Assembly (NCBI GenBank): GCA_021810375.1
Contig: JAJZJB010000003.1
Coordinates: 1-46,755 of the forward strand
Reading direction: 5' to 3'
Source: Candidatus Micrarchaeota archaeon
GTDB lineage: Archaea; Micrarchaeota; Micrarchaeia; Micrarchaeales; CABMGC01
DNA length: 46,755 nucleotides
The notes under the pieces: model-generated
Told to the model about the DNA's origin: nothing
The model's input: only the letters and a program-made list of their open reading frames with translations
Databases searched by the model: none
Translations under genes and position numbers: made by a program
Shown: in pieces, positions 18,863 through 28,717 of the stretch
How the letters are laid out: each line of letters opens with the position of its first letter
Position numbering within the stretch: the stretch's first letter is position 1

Positions 18863-20365
18863 TCACACGTATGAAAATACCCTGGTTATTGTGGTGTCCA
18901 CCATTTTCATGCTCCTCAGGAAGACCACGACAACTTCCTTGCTCACTCCGCGCTTCATCATGAGCCGCACCAGGTCCCTGACATCCGCTATGCGCTCCTT
19001 CTTGTCAAGGTCATTGAAGATGGATATTATTATATCAGAGCTTATGCCCGACTCTATCATCTTGGAATTAAGGTCTATCCTCTCGAAGTAATACTCTTTC
19101 TGTATGCTTGTGTCTGCAAGTTCTGACTGAGTAAGTATCTCCGAGATATTTATGGTGTAAACGTCTAGCGGCTCTTCGCCGACTATCCTCTCAAGTAGGA
19201 AAACGTCAGGGAACTGTACGGCTGCATGGAATGACATGTCGAAGGCTGCCTGGCCTACCCCGAACTTTCCTATCGCAGATCTCATGAAATTGGAGAAGTT
19301 CAGCGATCCCTGCAGGTAATTCATGAACTTCTCGAACCTGATCCTAAGCATAACCGTGGTGCCTACATTAGAGAATATGGCCTCATTCACGTCGGTAGGG
19401 TTCTGTGATGCTACTATGAGCCCGAATTGGTACTTTCTCCCCTCCCTAACTATCGTTATTGCGTCGCTCCTGTCATCGCTTGCCACTTTCCATGCCTCGT
19501 CTAGCACGACTATTGCCTTCAGGCCCTTGCTGCTGCTCCATCCCTCGGCGCGCATCTTCTCCTTCAACGTCTGAAGTATGAACATGGCCGCCAGGGCCCT
19601 GAATTTCTCGTCAGGCAGGCCTGAGAGGTCCATGTCGACCAGGCCCGAGGAAGCCAGTTTGCCTATATCTATGGTGGATTTCCTTGCGAAATAGTCCTCT
19701 CCTTCCCTAGTGAACTGGCGCAGCCTGTAAAGTGCGTTCTCCAACTCTGCAGGGTACTCGTATGAGCCATCCTGGAGCTTCTCCTCCAGCAATGTTGTGA
19801 CATCCTTCAGCGTAGGCGCATCCCTGCCCGCTTCAGGTACCGAGGAGAGCACGAACCCCGCGTTGACATACGCCTGCTCCATCGCTTCCCCGGTGAGACG
19901 CCTCTGTTCTGGATAATCGCCTATGTCAGTTAGTATATCAAAAGAGTTCATGATCTGCTTTACCCTGTCTATGGGCTTCATTCCTGAGAGATCCATGATG
20001 TTTATGTAGTCGCCTTTTGATAGCGAGATTATTACCCCGCCGCTCTGCTTTACCCAGGCCTTGTACTCTCCTGCCCAGTCAACTATTATGGCATTGGTGT
20101 TCCAGATGTAGCTCGCCCTAATAAGGAAGGTCTTGACAAAAAAGCTCTTTCCTGCGCCTGTGATTCCCACTACGGCAAGATGCGGGTTTGTAAGCGTGGC
20201 AAAGCTCCACGTGAAAGGCACGCCGAATAGTTTCGTGGTGCCTATGAATATCGAGTCCGTAGGGTCATTGAGCAAGTACTCAAAAGGCGGCTCTGGGGGT
20301 CTTGTCAGGAAGACCCTCTTGGCCACCTCGTTGCTCATTATGTTCTGGATCCTTATCAATGACAT
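18863..20365 (-). CDS. VirB4/CedB/HerA-FtsK superfamily ATPase
   Basis: NPHLAVVGITGAGKS (Walker A), IVDWAGEY, APTLKD, VVLDEAW (Walker B), REGRKYQFGLIVASQNPTD. Confidence 0.88.
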   Translation of the reverse strand: MSLIRIQNIMSNEVAKRVFLTRPPEPPFEYLLNDPTDSIFIGTTKLFGVPFTWSFATLTNPHLAVVGITGAGKSFFVKTFLIRASYIWNTNAIIVDWAGEYKAWVKQSGGVIISLSKGDYINIMDLSGMKPIDRVKQIMNSFDILTDIGDYPEQRRLTGEAMEQAYVNAGFVLSSVPEAGRDAPTLKDVTTLLEEKLQDGSYEYPAELENALYRLRQFTREGEDYFARKSTIDIGKLASSGLVDMDLSGLPDEKFRALAAMFILQTLKEKMRAEGWSSSKGLKAIVVLDEAWKVASDDRSDAITIVREGRKYQFGLIVASQNPTDVNEAIFSNVGTTVMLRIRFEKFMNYLQGSLNFSNFMRSAIGKFGVGQAAFDMSFHAAVQFPDVFLLERIVGEEPLDVYTINISEILTQSELADTSIQKEYYFERIDLNSKMIESGISSDIIISIFNDLDKKERIADVRDLVRLMMKRGVSKEVVVVFLRSMKMVDTTITRVFSYV

Positions 20366-20382
20366 AATATTCTACCGATAAA

Positions 20383-21207
20383 CTATTTCTGCGTCTGGAA
20401 CATTTTCAGTAATTCAGCTTCCCCCGGTATCCTGTAATCAAAGTCATGGAGGTAATGCACTTCCCTGCCAGTCACCCTGAATATGCTTAAGTCCAGCGCA
20501 TTGAAAAGGGTCTGGAGCTGGTTCAGCTGCAGGCTGACTGCGTCAAGTGCCTCTTTCTCGCTCACGCCTACTGCTGTAGACTCTATATACATTACGACAT
20601 TCAAGGGTCGTTCCCCTGCAGATACCCTGTCCATCCTCTGCTGTATTATCTGCATGCGCCTCTGGAGCGCCTCAAGGCTCATCGTGTTCGGATTGGTGGC
20701 ATTCATCTCCCTAGAAATCTGGAATTCGAGATACCCCCTCTGGCCGTCAAGCTCGTCCCTGTATTTCTGCACATCCTCAGGTATAGTTATAAGATTGAAC
20801 TTGAACGGGAAGTCTATGTTCATTGCTATCCTTTCCCACCTATCCACAGCACCCGATAGGTCCGTCTCATTCTGTTCCGGTTGCTGGGAAGTGAATACGT
20901 ATCCGTACACATTCCCTGTGAGATAACCTGTCGCATAATAGACCCCGTTCGTTACTTTCACTACTGCATCGTTGCCCTCCGAGAGCATTATGCCGTTTGC
21001 AGGTATGATCCTCAGGTGGAACGCCTTCATAATGGCAGGAAAGACAAGGAAGTCAACGTAATTTATGGCTAGTATTATGCCCATGCCGAATATAGTCAGG
21101 ATCACCATTACGTAACCAAGAATCCCATAATCAGTGCTTGTAAGTATAAGTAGCAGGGCTACAAGGGCCGTTGCTGCAAGGTATACAATTGATTCCTCAT
21201 CTACCAT
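20383..21207 (-). CDS. Two-TM membrane protein with cytoplasmic domain (VirB3/VirB4-N-like), paralog B
   Basis: Two N-terminal TMs, YYATG, coiled coil, TAVGVSEKEA, VTGREV; directly upstream of the ATPase. Confidence 0.6.
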   Translation of the reverse strand: MVDEESIVYLAATALVALLLILTSTDYGILGYVMVILTIFGMGIILAINYVDFLVFPAIMKAFHLRIIPANGIMLSEGNDAVVKVTNGVYYATGYLTGNVYGYVFTSQQPEQNETDLSGAVDRWERIAMNIDFPFKFNLITIPEDVQKYRDELDGQRGYLEFQISREMNATNPNTMSLEALQRRMQIIQQRMDRVSAGERPLNVVMYIESTAVGVSEKEALDAVSLQLNQLQTLFNALDLSIFRVTGREVHYLHDFDYRIPGEAELLKMFQTQK

Positions 21208-21209
21208 TC

Positions 21210-22064
21210 TCACACCTGTTTCAATCCGCTCCTCACGCTTATCTGCGAGCTCAGGTTTGCTATCGGTATCATCTGTTCCGGTTCAATGAGTTGCAGTATC
21301 TCTTTTCCCGTCGCAAGCGAAGCGCTGATGCCATACGTGGAACTGATTCCTGCCGCTAGTTCGTCCCCTTTGGATATTGCAAGGTTTACTGCTTCCTCCT
21401 CTGAGCTTCCGGTGGCACTCACCATCGCATAAGACATCATCGAGTGCGACTTCGCCCTGCTGACGCTCTCCAGCATGTTCCTCCACATCGTTACTTTCCC
21501 TCTCAGGTGCTCTACCTCTGGAGCCACCTCTTTCTTGGCCGTGCCGCCCCCTTCCTTATTCATGATCTGGTTGTACTTATCCTGCGCCTCGTTTAGCTTT
21601 GCGCGTATCTTTTCTATATATTCGTCTTTGTTGAGCACGTAAAGCTGCGTGCTTATCCTGAACGGTTCCTTTATTATCGAGAGCATCTTGCCAAAGCTTG
21701 TGGCAAAGTCTATCTTTTCCTGGTCCTCCATTTCCGTGCCCGACCTGTATATCGGTATCTTCACAAACACAGTTGCATAGACCAGGTCTCCAACCCGCTT
21801 CATTATCGCAGTGCCTGAAGGCGACATTATATATGGATCTCCGCTATCCAGCACCAATTTCTTTCCCTTCATCTTCCTGAGGGGATCAAAAAGGTACGTG
21901 TAGTAGCGGCTTGCCATCGCTAGTATGTCGCACAGGATTGCTAGAAGCCCCATTATGAACTTCAGTATCCCGAGCCCGGGCCCAGCCGCCACCCCCACTA
22001 ATATGAAGGCAAGTGAGGCAGCCACCAGAGAAATGAACAATATCCACCTGAATTCGAAGGCCAA
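21210..22064 (-). CDS. Two-TM membrane protein with cytoplasmic domain (VirB3/VirB4-N-like), paralog A
   Basis: Two N-terminal TMs, VYATV, coiled coil, SATGSSEEEA, ATGKEI; TTG start preceded by GGTGGAG. Confidence 0.6.
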   Translation of the reverse strand: MAFEFRWILFISLVAASLAFILVGVAAGPGLGILKFIMGLLAILCDILAMASRYYTYLFDPLRKMKGKKLVLDSGDPYIMSPSGTAIMKRVGDLVYATVFVKIPIYRSGTEMEDQEKIDFATSFGKMLSIIKEPFRISTQLYVLNKDEYIEKIRAKLNEAQDKYNQIMNKEGGGTAKKEVAPEVEHLRGKVTMWRNMLESVSRAKSHSMMSYAMVSATGSSEEEAVNLAISKGDELAAGISSTYGISASLATGKEILQLIEPEQMIPIANLSSQISVRSGLKQV

Positions 22065-22204
22065 GTCTCCACCATCGCAAGAATATCACGCTGTTAAACT
22101 TTATATAGGCATTGCCGCCTCGCTTTAACTGACTCTAATCCAAGGTGCAAACCTGCATTAGCAAACTCTTATATAGCAAGGAAACCAAACCGTAAAGGAA
22201 GATT

Positions 22205-23176
22205 ATGACGATAACGGCTTACAGGACCATGCCAGGCAGTGCCTTGAAGACGCTTGCAAGGTCTGCGGCAATTTCAGCTGCAATAGCGCTTGCCCCTGCA
22301 ACGCTTGCATATGCTGCACCAACCTCCCATAACGACGCCGGCTCAAACGTGCCTTCGGCTCCTGCGTGCAAGCCTTCTGCATCAAAAGGCGTGAGCACCG
22401 CCCTATACACGCTTCTGCAGCAGGACAGCAAGACCCTAATACCGAGCAACTCAACTGCAAGCGGCTACGCAATCATAGAAGGCAACCTGCTCTTAGCCAC
22501 TTCATACTACGACTCGCAATCCGGATCACGGTTTGCTCAGGCCAACATCCCTGGGCCTGCAAGCCAGAGAGGATTCATAAACTTCACTGCACATGCAGCC
22601 GCAGGCACTGTGAAAGTGAGCGAATACGGCAATATTGCTACAAACGGCATCTCATGCGACATAAAAGCAGAGTACCCGCAGGCCATTGCAGTGCCAAAAG
22701 GTCGTCCGGCCCTGCAAGCATGCAGCACAAGCGCATCCATAGGCCTTGAACGCAGAATAAGGTATGCATACGCGAAGAGCGCAAGAGATTTTGCGAGCGA
22801 TTATCCAAGCGAGACAAAAGTCGACGGCGTTGTGTCAGGCAACTCTGTAGCTTTCTACAGGCCGCTTCCCGGATTCCTGTCCGTTTTCCCTCCGAACAAG
22901 GCGCGCGCCTTCATGGCCGGGAGCCGGAACCAGCGTGCAAACATGAAGATATATGCGTATTGGAGCTCAGACGAGAAGCTTTCTGCAGTAATGGAGCGCG
23001 GTACGATAGTCATTGGCGGTAAGGCATGCAGCGTCAATTACTCGTACAGGTATCCTGCCAAGTCCAACATACCTGCTGCTGCAGGCACTCTGGGTGCTGT
23101 TGCATTAGTATTCGCATTGTACGTGACGCGCAGGCTTAGGGATCGTGCTACTGCAAGGAAGATCTTCAATACCTAA
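22205..23176 (+). CDS. Secreted, C-terminally anchored surface protein with internal duplication
   Basis: Ala-rich signal peptide (LAYA|A), two Cys-paired repeats, C-terminal TM followed by basic residues (TRRLRDR). Confidence 0.7.
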   Translation: MTITAYRTMPGSALKTLARSAAISAAIALAPATLAYAAPTSHNDAGSNVPSAPACKPSASKGVSTALYTLLQQDSKTLIPSNSTASGYAIIEGNLLLATSYYDSQSGSRFAQANIPGPASQRGFINFTAHAAAGTVKVSEYGNIATNGISCDIKAEYPQAIAVPKGRPALQACSTSASIGLERRIRYAYAKSARDFASDYPSETKVDGVVSGNSVAFYRPLPGFLSVFPPNKARAFMAGSRNQRANMKIYAYWSSDEKLSAVMERGTIVIGGKACSVNYSYRYPAKSNIPAAAGTLGAVALVFALYVTRRLRDRATARKIFNT

Positions 23177-23248
23177 GCTACAGGATGCATTCAATAAGTA
23201 TCCTAACCTGGAGAAGAGGAGCTTACAGAATTTATTTGTGTGAGAATA

Positions 23249-24391
23249 TCAGAGTCCCCTGAGCCTAGATGAAGTCCTTGCCATGCCGCCCAGCAGTTCT
23301 GCTATCTGGGTTATGAAAGCATAAGTCATGGCGCTGATCAGGGCAGGATAGAAGAGAACGGATAGCCAGAAGGCGCCCATTGCGCTGGAAGCAGTGCTAA
23401 TCTCCTCGACAAGAGGAGAAGACGGAGACGCTGAGTTCTGCACTGCATCCTTGCAGCTCGCCGAGCCTGGGGTACACCCGCCATAGCGTCCCAGGGCTCC
23501 TGAAATTGCACTTAATTGCGAGGCCGTGCCTCCCTGCGTTCCTGCTATCTGGGCAAATGCAATGCCAAATAATATCGGCATGAAGAAATAGAATCCTATG
23601 GCTATCGCCATTAGCATTCCGCCGAGATGCCTTGTCGGTATCAACGCCCTGAAGATTACCCCTGGTATAAGGAATACGGGTATTGCGGCATACATCATGA
23701 ATATTATTAGGTAAAATTCCAGGTTAAGGGCCATCAGTCCCGGCACTATGAGCTCTATAAGAGCAGATGCCGGCCAGAAGAATAAGTACACTACCGCGTA
23801 CTTGAAGATCGGCGGGAAGAAGCTGCTCTGGAACTGGCACTTGAATGCTGTTTCAGCAATGCACGTTGAGTACACCTGCGAAGCATAGTAATAATCTACA
23901 GATCCTATCGCATAGAGCTGCGCTACCAGGCCATCTGTCTGGCCTATGGTATAATTTATGTTATTTAAGGCATAGCTGTACGGGTTATAACTGCCCACGA
24001 AGAAGCCCGGCAGCAGCCCGAACATAAGCGCCGCTACGAATGTAAACAGTATTACGATTGTTGCAGTTGCTATGGCTTCATAGAGCTCTCCCATGCCGAA
24101 AATGCGAACACGGTCATTCCTTATGCCTATGCCAATCATTATGATCAGCGCCGCTATCGAGAAAGAGAAGAGCGTGGCCGCTATTGCTATGGGCTCCCAA
24201 TTGCTCCATACCTTTACTGCAGCTGCATTTATGGTGTTGCAATACCACGGCGCAACTACGCTTACTATTGCATTGGCCCCAAGCTTATTTACATTTCCAC
24301 AATATTGCGATATGGGATTTCCTTGCGCTCCTAGTGGCATTGCCACTAAGATGAGAGCAAGTATCATTGCAAGCGCGATCTTATTCATCAT
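23249..24391 (-). CDS. CedA/VirB6-like polytopic membrane protein, paralog 6
   Basis: GVIFRALIPTRHLGGMLMAIAIGFYFFMP motif; C-terminal IAELLGG. Confidence 0.65.
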   Translation of the reverse strand: MMNKIALAMILALILVAMPLGAQGNPISQYCGNVNKLGANAIVSVVAPWYCNTINAAAVKVWSNWEPIAIAATLFSFSIAALIIMIGIGIRNDRVRIFGMGELYEAIATATIVILFTFVAALMFGLLPGFFVGSYNPYSYALNNINYTIGQTDGLVAQLYAIGSVDYYYASQVYSTCIAETAFKCQFQSSFFPPIFKYAVVYLFFWPASALIELIVPGLMALNLEFYLIIFMMYAAIPVFLIPGVIFRALIPTRHLGGMLMAIAIGFYFFMPILFGIAFAQIAGTQGGTASQLSAISGALGRYGGCTPGSASCKDAVQNSASPSSPLVEEISTASSAMGAFWLSVLFYPALISAMTYAFITQIAELLGGMARTSSRLRGL

Positions 24392-25737
24392 ACCAGCCTC
24401 GTAAGCAGGGAAAGGAAGTCCATGCGCTCCCCTATTGCTGTTGAGAAATCTACTATAAATACGTCAACCACGGTAAGGCTAAGCAACGGAAGGAAAGTAA
24501 GCCCTATGGCCACGAATGCCCCGTATATCGCATATGCCCTGAAGAGCGGTACAATGACCGGGAGCAATGACTGTGCATAAGCCGCATTGCTAAAGTGCCC
24601 CAGGAATAAACTGAAGGTGTTGCTAACCCATGTGGCAATCATATTGACAATGGTCCCTACTACGCTTCCGGCAGGGCAGGTAGCCCCAAAGGCCGCTCCT
24701 ATACCGAATGAGAACTGGCAGAACTGCACCTCGGCCGTGTCCAACGCATGCGTCAAGAATCCAAGTGTTACTGCAGTCATGAGCGGGTATATAATCCCTA
24801 TGCCAAGCGCAAATGCGATTAGCGCACCCCCAAATGTCCTGGTCACTCCAAACGACCTTGCAATAAGCCCTACGGCCATGAGTATGGCGTATATTATCCC
24901 TGAAGCCGAGATGAGCATGAGCTGCACCTGGCTTAATATGAAGAATAGGTAAAGAGAATTCAGTAACGGTACAAAGTAGTGGAATACGGGCTGTATCGGC
25001 ATGAAATTTAAGGGTATCACAAGGCCTATGTTGTAAGAGGCGAAAGAACCCGTATTTATCGGACCTGGGCTGTCTGTATAATCTGGCTCTCCAGATTCTA
25101 CCTGCCCGTCAGACGCCCCTATCCCGCCAACCCCGCCGCCACCCACCACGCTAGGCAAGGTCGCACTGGTTGCCAGCTGTGAAGGGAAGTACAATGTGGC
25201 TGTAGGCGTAAGTGAAACTAGGGAAGCGACATAGAATGTGGATGTTGCGAAATTCTGCACATCCTGGTTGAATTGGTAGGTGTCACAGACCGAGAGGAAA
25301 TAGAGGTTATCGTAGCTTACGGCCGCCTGCCCTGGTGGCGGAGGCTGCGCACTTAGCGTTGTTATGGCATTTCCGCATTCGCTGCTGACAAGGCCTATGC
25401 CGTTCATGGCGCCATATACTGGAAGCGTGGCAACCAGTGCGCCGAAGGCTATGAAGATGAAGATCAGCACCAGAGACGCAAGCTCGTCGTATACCTTTGT
25501 GCGTATCCACGTTCTCATCTGCGTGTTGCCGAATGCTGGGCTTAGCATGTACATCATTGCAAGTATTGCTACGACCAGTATGACACCTATCGCTGCTATG
25601 CCTGCTCCTATGACATACGGTGATGTTATGTCATAGCATATGCCAGTGCAAGATCCTGCCGCTGCAGCCTGCTGCGGCGCATACGCTAATACCGCGAGGG
25701 CAACTATCATCACTATCACGAAGCTCCCTTTTCTCAT
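24388..25737 (-). CDS. CedA/VirB6-like polytopic membrane protein, paralog 5
   Basis: GLIARSFGVTRTFGGALIAFALGIGIIYP motif; start reassigned to MRKGSF (signal peptide, removes overlap). Confidence 0.65.
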   Translation of the reverse strand: MRKGSFVIVMIVALAVLAYAPQQAAAAGSCTGICYDITSPYVIGAGIAAIGVILVVAILAMMYMLSPAFGNTQMRTWIRTKVYDELASLVLIFIFIAFGALVATLPVYGAMNGIGLVSSECGNAITTLSAQPPPPGQAAVSYDNLYFLSVCDTYQFNQDVQNFATSTFYVASLVSLTPTATLYFPSQLATSATLPSVVGGGGVGGIGASDGQVESGEPDYTDSPGPINTGSFASYNIGLVIPLNFMPIQPVFHYFVPLLNSLYLFFILSQVQLMLISASGIIYAILMAVGLIARSFGVTRTFGGALIAFALGIGIIYPLMTAVTLGFLTHALDTAEVQFCQFSFGIGAAFGATCPAGSVVGTIVNMIATWVSNTFSLFLGHFSNAAYAQSLLPVIVPLFRAYAIYGAFVAIGLTFLPLLSLTVVDVFIVDFSTAIGERMDFLSLLTRLV

Positions 25738-25771
25738 ATGCTTCCTCTCTTTACGGTTACACGTGTAATCA

Positions 25772-27055
25772 TTATAGCACCTTGCCAAGGATCCTGTTGC
25801 TTTGCAGCGAAGGCGCTCCAAGAATATCTCCAAGGAATTCCAGCAGGTCGTACGCTATTATGAATGAAATTATCAGTCCGATCATCTGTAAGACGGCATA
25901 GGCAACCACATTGGTGAAATCTATTACATTCTCGAACATCGTCACTCCGAATGAAGTCTCGCCTATTATCGAAAAGACCGCATCGAGATAGCCTTTTGCA
26001 TCTGAGTAAATGCTGCTCCCAAGATTTCCAATGGCCTGCCCGCTGTTGCAAAGGGACTGGGTTGAAGGGAATGTCCCGGTTCCACCGCACAATGTAATGC
26101 TATTCACGTTTACCTGTGAGAATGCATAGAGGAGCGCAGGCAGGAAGATGTAAAATGAGATGAATAGGGCCAGCATTGACCCTCCGGCAGCACGCGTCCA
26201 CGGGAAGCACCTCAGCACTATGCCCACATAGAAGAATATCGGGAAGAGGAAATATATGACAAACAAGAGTATCACAACCAGCGCACCCATGCTTATTATG
26301 GCGAAAGAAATTGCCTCTTCAGACCATAGGGTTGTCAGCAGTGTCTGGACTCCTGTGAATGGCTTGATTGCGAATCCGAATGCGTTTGGATCAGCGTTGA
26401 CTATGGTGCTAGTAGTGCTTTCCACAAAGAAGAGATAGAGCACAACGCTGATGTAATTATACAAGTTATTATTTATTATGGAATTTTCGTAATTGTTGCA
26501 TACGTTTATGAATAATCCTGGCGAAGCGTTGGATCCAGCTGCGCCAGATGGCGGCGGTGGCAGCACTGAGCTGCTTCCTGCACCCGCAGCAGCAAGATTT
26601 CCGAAGAAGATGGAAGCATTGTTGAATATATAGAATCCACCTACCAGGACAACTATTATTATGATTATGTTCGCGAGTACCTCTACATACTCCCTTCTTA
26701 CATAATCAACCAGCTTGTTAATGCCGAAGGCCCTGCCTATGGCATATAATATGCCATCCAATGCCAGAATAAGAAGGATTATCAGCAGGCCTATGCCTAG
26801 CAAGTAATTGAAGTTTGATCCGTTTGTAAGCCATTGGCTCACGAGCGGCGTGCCGCCGGCGTACGCAGCGCCTTCTTGAAAGAGCGTATTGCAGTTGAAA
26901 ACAGCCTCGGCTATGCCTTTCCCCGGCGCCTCTGCGGGTATTCTCGAGGGGCCTGCGCTTGTGCTTCCAAGGAGCATGGAAACCGGGGATACTGCTCCGG
27001 CTATAGCTACTGCCATCATCAGGAAGGCAACAGCCATATAGCTCTTTTTGTTCAT
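25772..27055 (-). CDS. CedA/VirB6-like polytopic membrane protein, paralog 4
   Basis: GIVLRCFPWTRAAGGSMLALFISFYIFLP motif; C-terminal LGDILGA. Confidence 0.68.
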   Translation of the reverse strand: MNKKSYMAVAFLMMAVAIAGAVSPVSMLLGSTSAGPSRIPAEAPGKGIAEAVFNCNTLFQEGAAYAGGTPLVSQWLTNGSNFNYLLGIGLLIILLILALDGILYAIGRAFGINKLVDYVRREYVEVLANIIIIIVVLVGGFYIFNNASIFFGNLAAAGAGSSSVLPPPPSGAAGSNASPGLFINVCNNYENSIINNNLYNYISVVLYLFFVESTTSTIVNADPNAFGFAIKPFTGVQTLLTTLWSEEAISFAIISMGALVVILLFVIYFLFPIFFYVGIVLRCFPWTRAAGGSMLALFISFYIFLPALLYAFSQVNVNSITLCGGTGTFPSTQSLCNSGQAIGNLGSSIYSDAKGYLDAVFSIIGETSFGVTMFENVIDFTNVVAYAVLQMIGLIISFIIAYDLLEFLGDILGAPSLQSNRILGKVL

Positions 27056-27064
27056 CTAACCACT

Positions 27065-28717
27065 TTATACGAACCTCCCGAGGCCTATAATGTTTGTGTC
27101 CCCGCCCAACAGTCCAGAGAGTCCTACCACTGCTGATAATGCTATAAGCACGTTTAGTATCGGCACTATGAACCCTGTCACAGCCATAACACCGTAAACG
27201 TGCCAGATGGCTTCGTCTGCAGCGACCATGTTCTGCGGTGTGAAGCAGTTCCAGTTCTGCTGCTGCCCTCCTGTTATTATCGCCGGCAGTATTGGAAGGT
27301 GGGTTGGCGCAGCTCCTTCACCTCCGACTATGCTCCCTATGAAACCTGACAATCCACCTGTCACCACAGACGTACCCGCCCCTAATCCTGGTATTAGGTA
27401 TTCGGATGAATAGAGCATTTCCATGGCGAGCAGGTTGGAGCTGTCCGGATAGCAGCCGTAATAATTGAGCACCTCTGACACCCTGGGGAAATTGAAGAAA
27501 TCTATATTGTACTGTATTGCACTTGCCATGCTTGAGGCTGAGCCTGCGGCCGGCCCCGGACTCGAGAGAGGCAACTCGTTTATTGCCATGTCTGGCAGTG
27601 AGTTGGCTCCTATGAGCTCTATGCAGCTTCCAGGCCCTGTTGTCGTGGCCGGGGTCGGTGTCAGCGTGCTCACTATGCCGCTAGGATTATACTGGCAGAG
27701 CTGGTTGCCATTTGAGAGAGAGGTGTACTCAAACAGGTACATTATAGGGTATATCACCAAAGCAACCATCACCAAGGCAATGACAAGGCCGCCTGCCCTG
27801 CGGGTGTATGAGAACGTCCTGAGCAGGATGCCCGCAGCAAGAAGATATGGCCACCAATAAAGCATTACAAGGATTCCGGTCATTTGCAGGAAGAAAAGGT
27901 AGAATATCAGACTGGCAGTTATTTCTACTGGTGGTAATGACACTCTCTGGTAGTAGTATCCAACGAATGGTGTGTAAGAGTACATTATCTTGAACGCGTC
28001 GTTGCCGTTGAGCGGGTTGGCGCACTGCAGCGCACTAGCCAGCCCTGACGGAGGAGTTGGATACCCGACACAAAATACCGTTAGCGACTTCAGACTCCTC
28101 AGCCATCCGGAGGTGCCTTCAAAATAATACAGCGAATTAAGGTTGCCCAGAGTCTGGTTGGTCATGTTGGCTGAGATTACGTAGGCAGCGGCAAGGCCGT
28201 AATCTAGATTCGTATTTATGTTGTTGCTCTTAGCCGCTTTCTCCACTATGTCGGAGCACACAATGTTTGTCGGGCTTGGCTGCCCGCCTGGATACGTATA
28301 TGTGCTGCTTGTGAACTGGAACTGCGAGTCAGCCAGCGGTGCCGCTGTGCATACATTGCTTATCGCAGTTGGCGATACCACCAGGCTCTTTGTCGAGGTC
28401 AGAGTAGCCCCAAAGACTCCAAGGACCCACACTATCACTATGACTAAGATCGCCGTGCCTACTGCCTGCCAGAATTCAGTTATGGCCATTGTCTTGGCCT
28501 TCTGGTTGTTCAGCACCACGCCTATTAAATAGTACACGCTGGTCAGGGCAAACGAGAGAAGAATGGCAGCGAATACGGCCGGCAGCCAGCTTGTGAATGC
28601 CTGGTAACTGTTTGTAATGCTGGGCACAGGGCTTCCGCTTGCAGAGAGCAGGTTAGAGGCTCCAGCTATGAAGATGAATGCGCCGAGCAATACGAAAGTG
28701 TATTTTATGTGCATCAA
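27065..28717 (-). CDS. CedA/VirB6-like polytopic membrane protein, paralog 3
   Basis: GILLRTFSYTRRAGGLVIALVMVALVIYP motif; C-terminal LSGLLGGD. Confidence 0.65.
   Translation of the reverse strand: MMHIKYTFVLLGAFIFIAGASNLLSASGSPVPSITNSYQAFTSWLPAVFAAILLSFALTSVYYLIGVVLNNQKAKTMAITEFWQAVGTAILVIVIVWVLGVFGATLTSTKSLVVSPTAISNVCTAAPLADSQFQFTSSTYTYPGGQPSPTNIVCSDIVEKAAKSNNINTNLDYGLAAAYVISANMTNQTLGNLNSLYYFEGTSGWLRSLKSLTVFCVGYPTPPSGLASALQCANPLNGNDAFKIMYSYTPFVGYYYQRVSLPPVEITASLIFYLFFLQMTGILVMLYWWPYLLAAGILLRTFSYTRRAGGLVIALVMVALVIYPIMYLFEYTSLSNGNQLCQYNPSGIVSTLTPTPATTTGPGSCIELIGANSLPDMAINELPLSSPGPAAGSASSMASAIQYNIDFFNFPRVSEVLNYYGCYPDSSNLLAMEMLYSSEYLIPGLGAGTSVVTGGLSGFIGSIVGGEGAAPTHLPILPAIITGGQQQNWNCFTPQNMVAADEAIWHVYGVMAVTGFIVPILNVLIALSAVVGLSGLLGGDTNIIGLGRFV

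Noticed and set aside
18863-20365. Interpretation as HerA of the HerA-NurA repair system or a defence ATPase
   Set aside because: No N-terminal HAS barrel and no nurA/mre11/rad50 or Sir2/nuclease neighbour; the context is membrane and pilin genes
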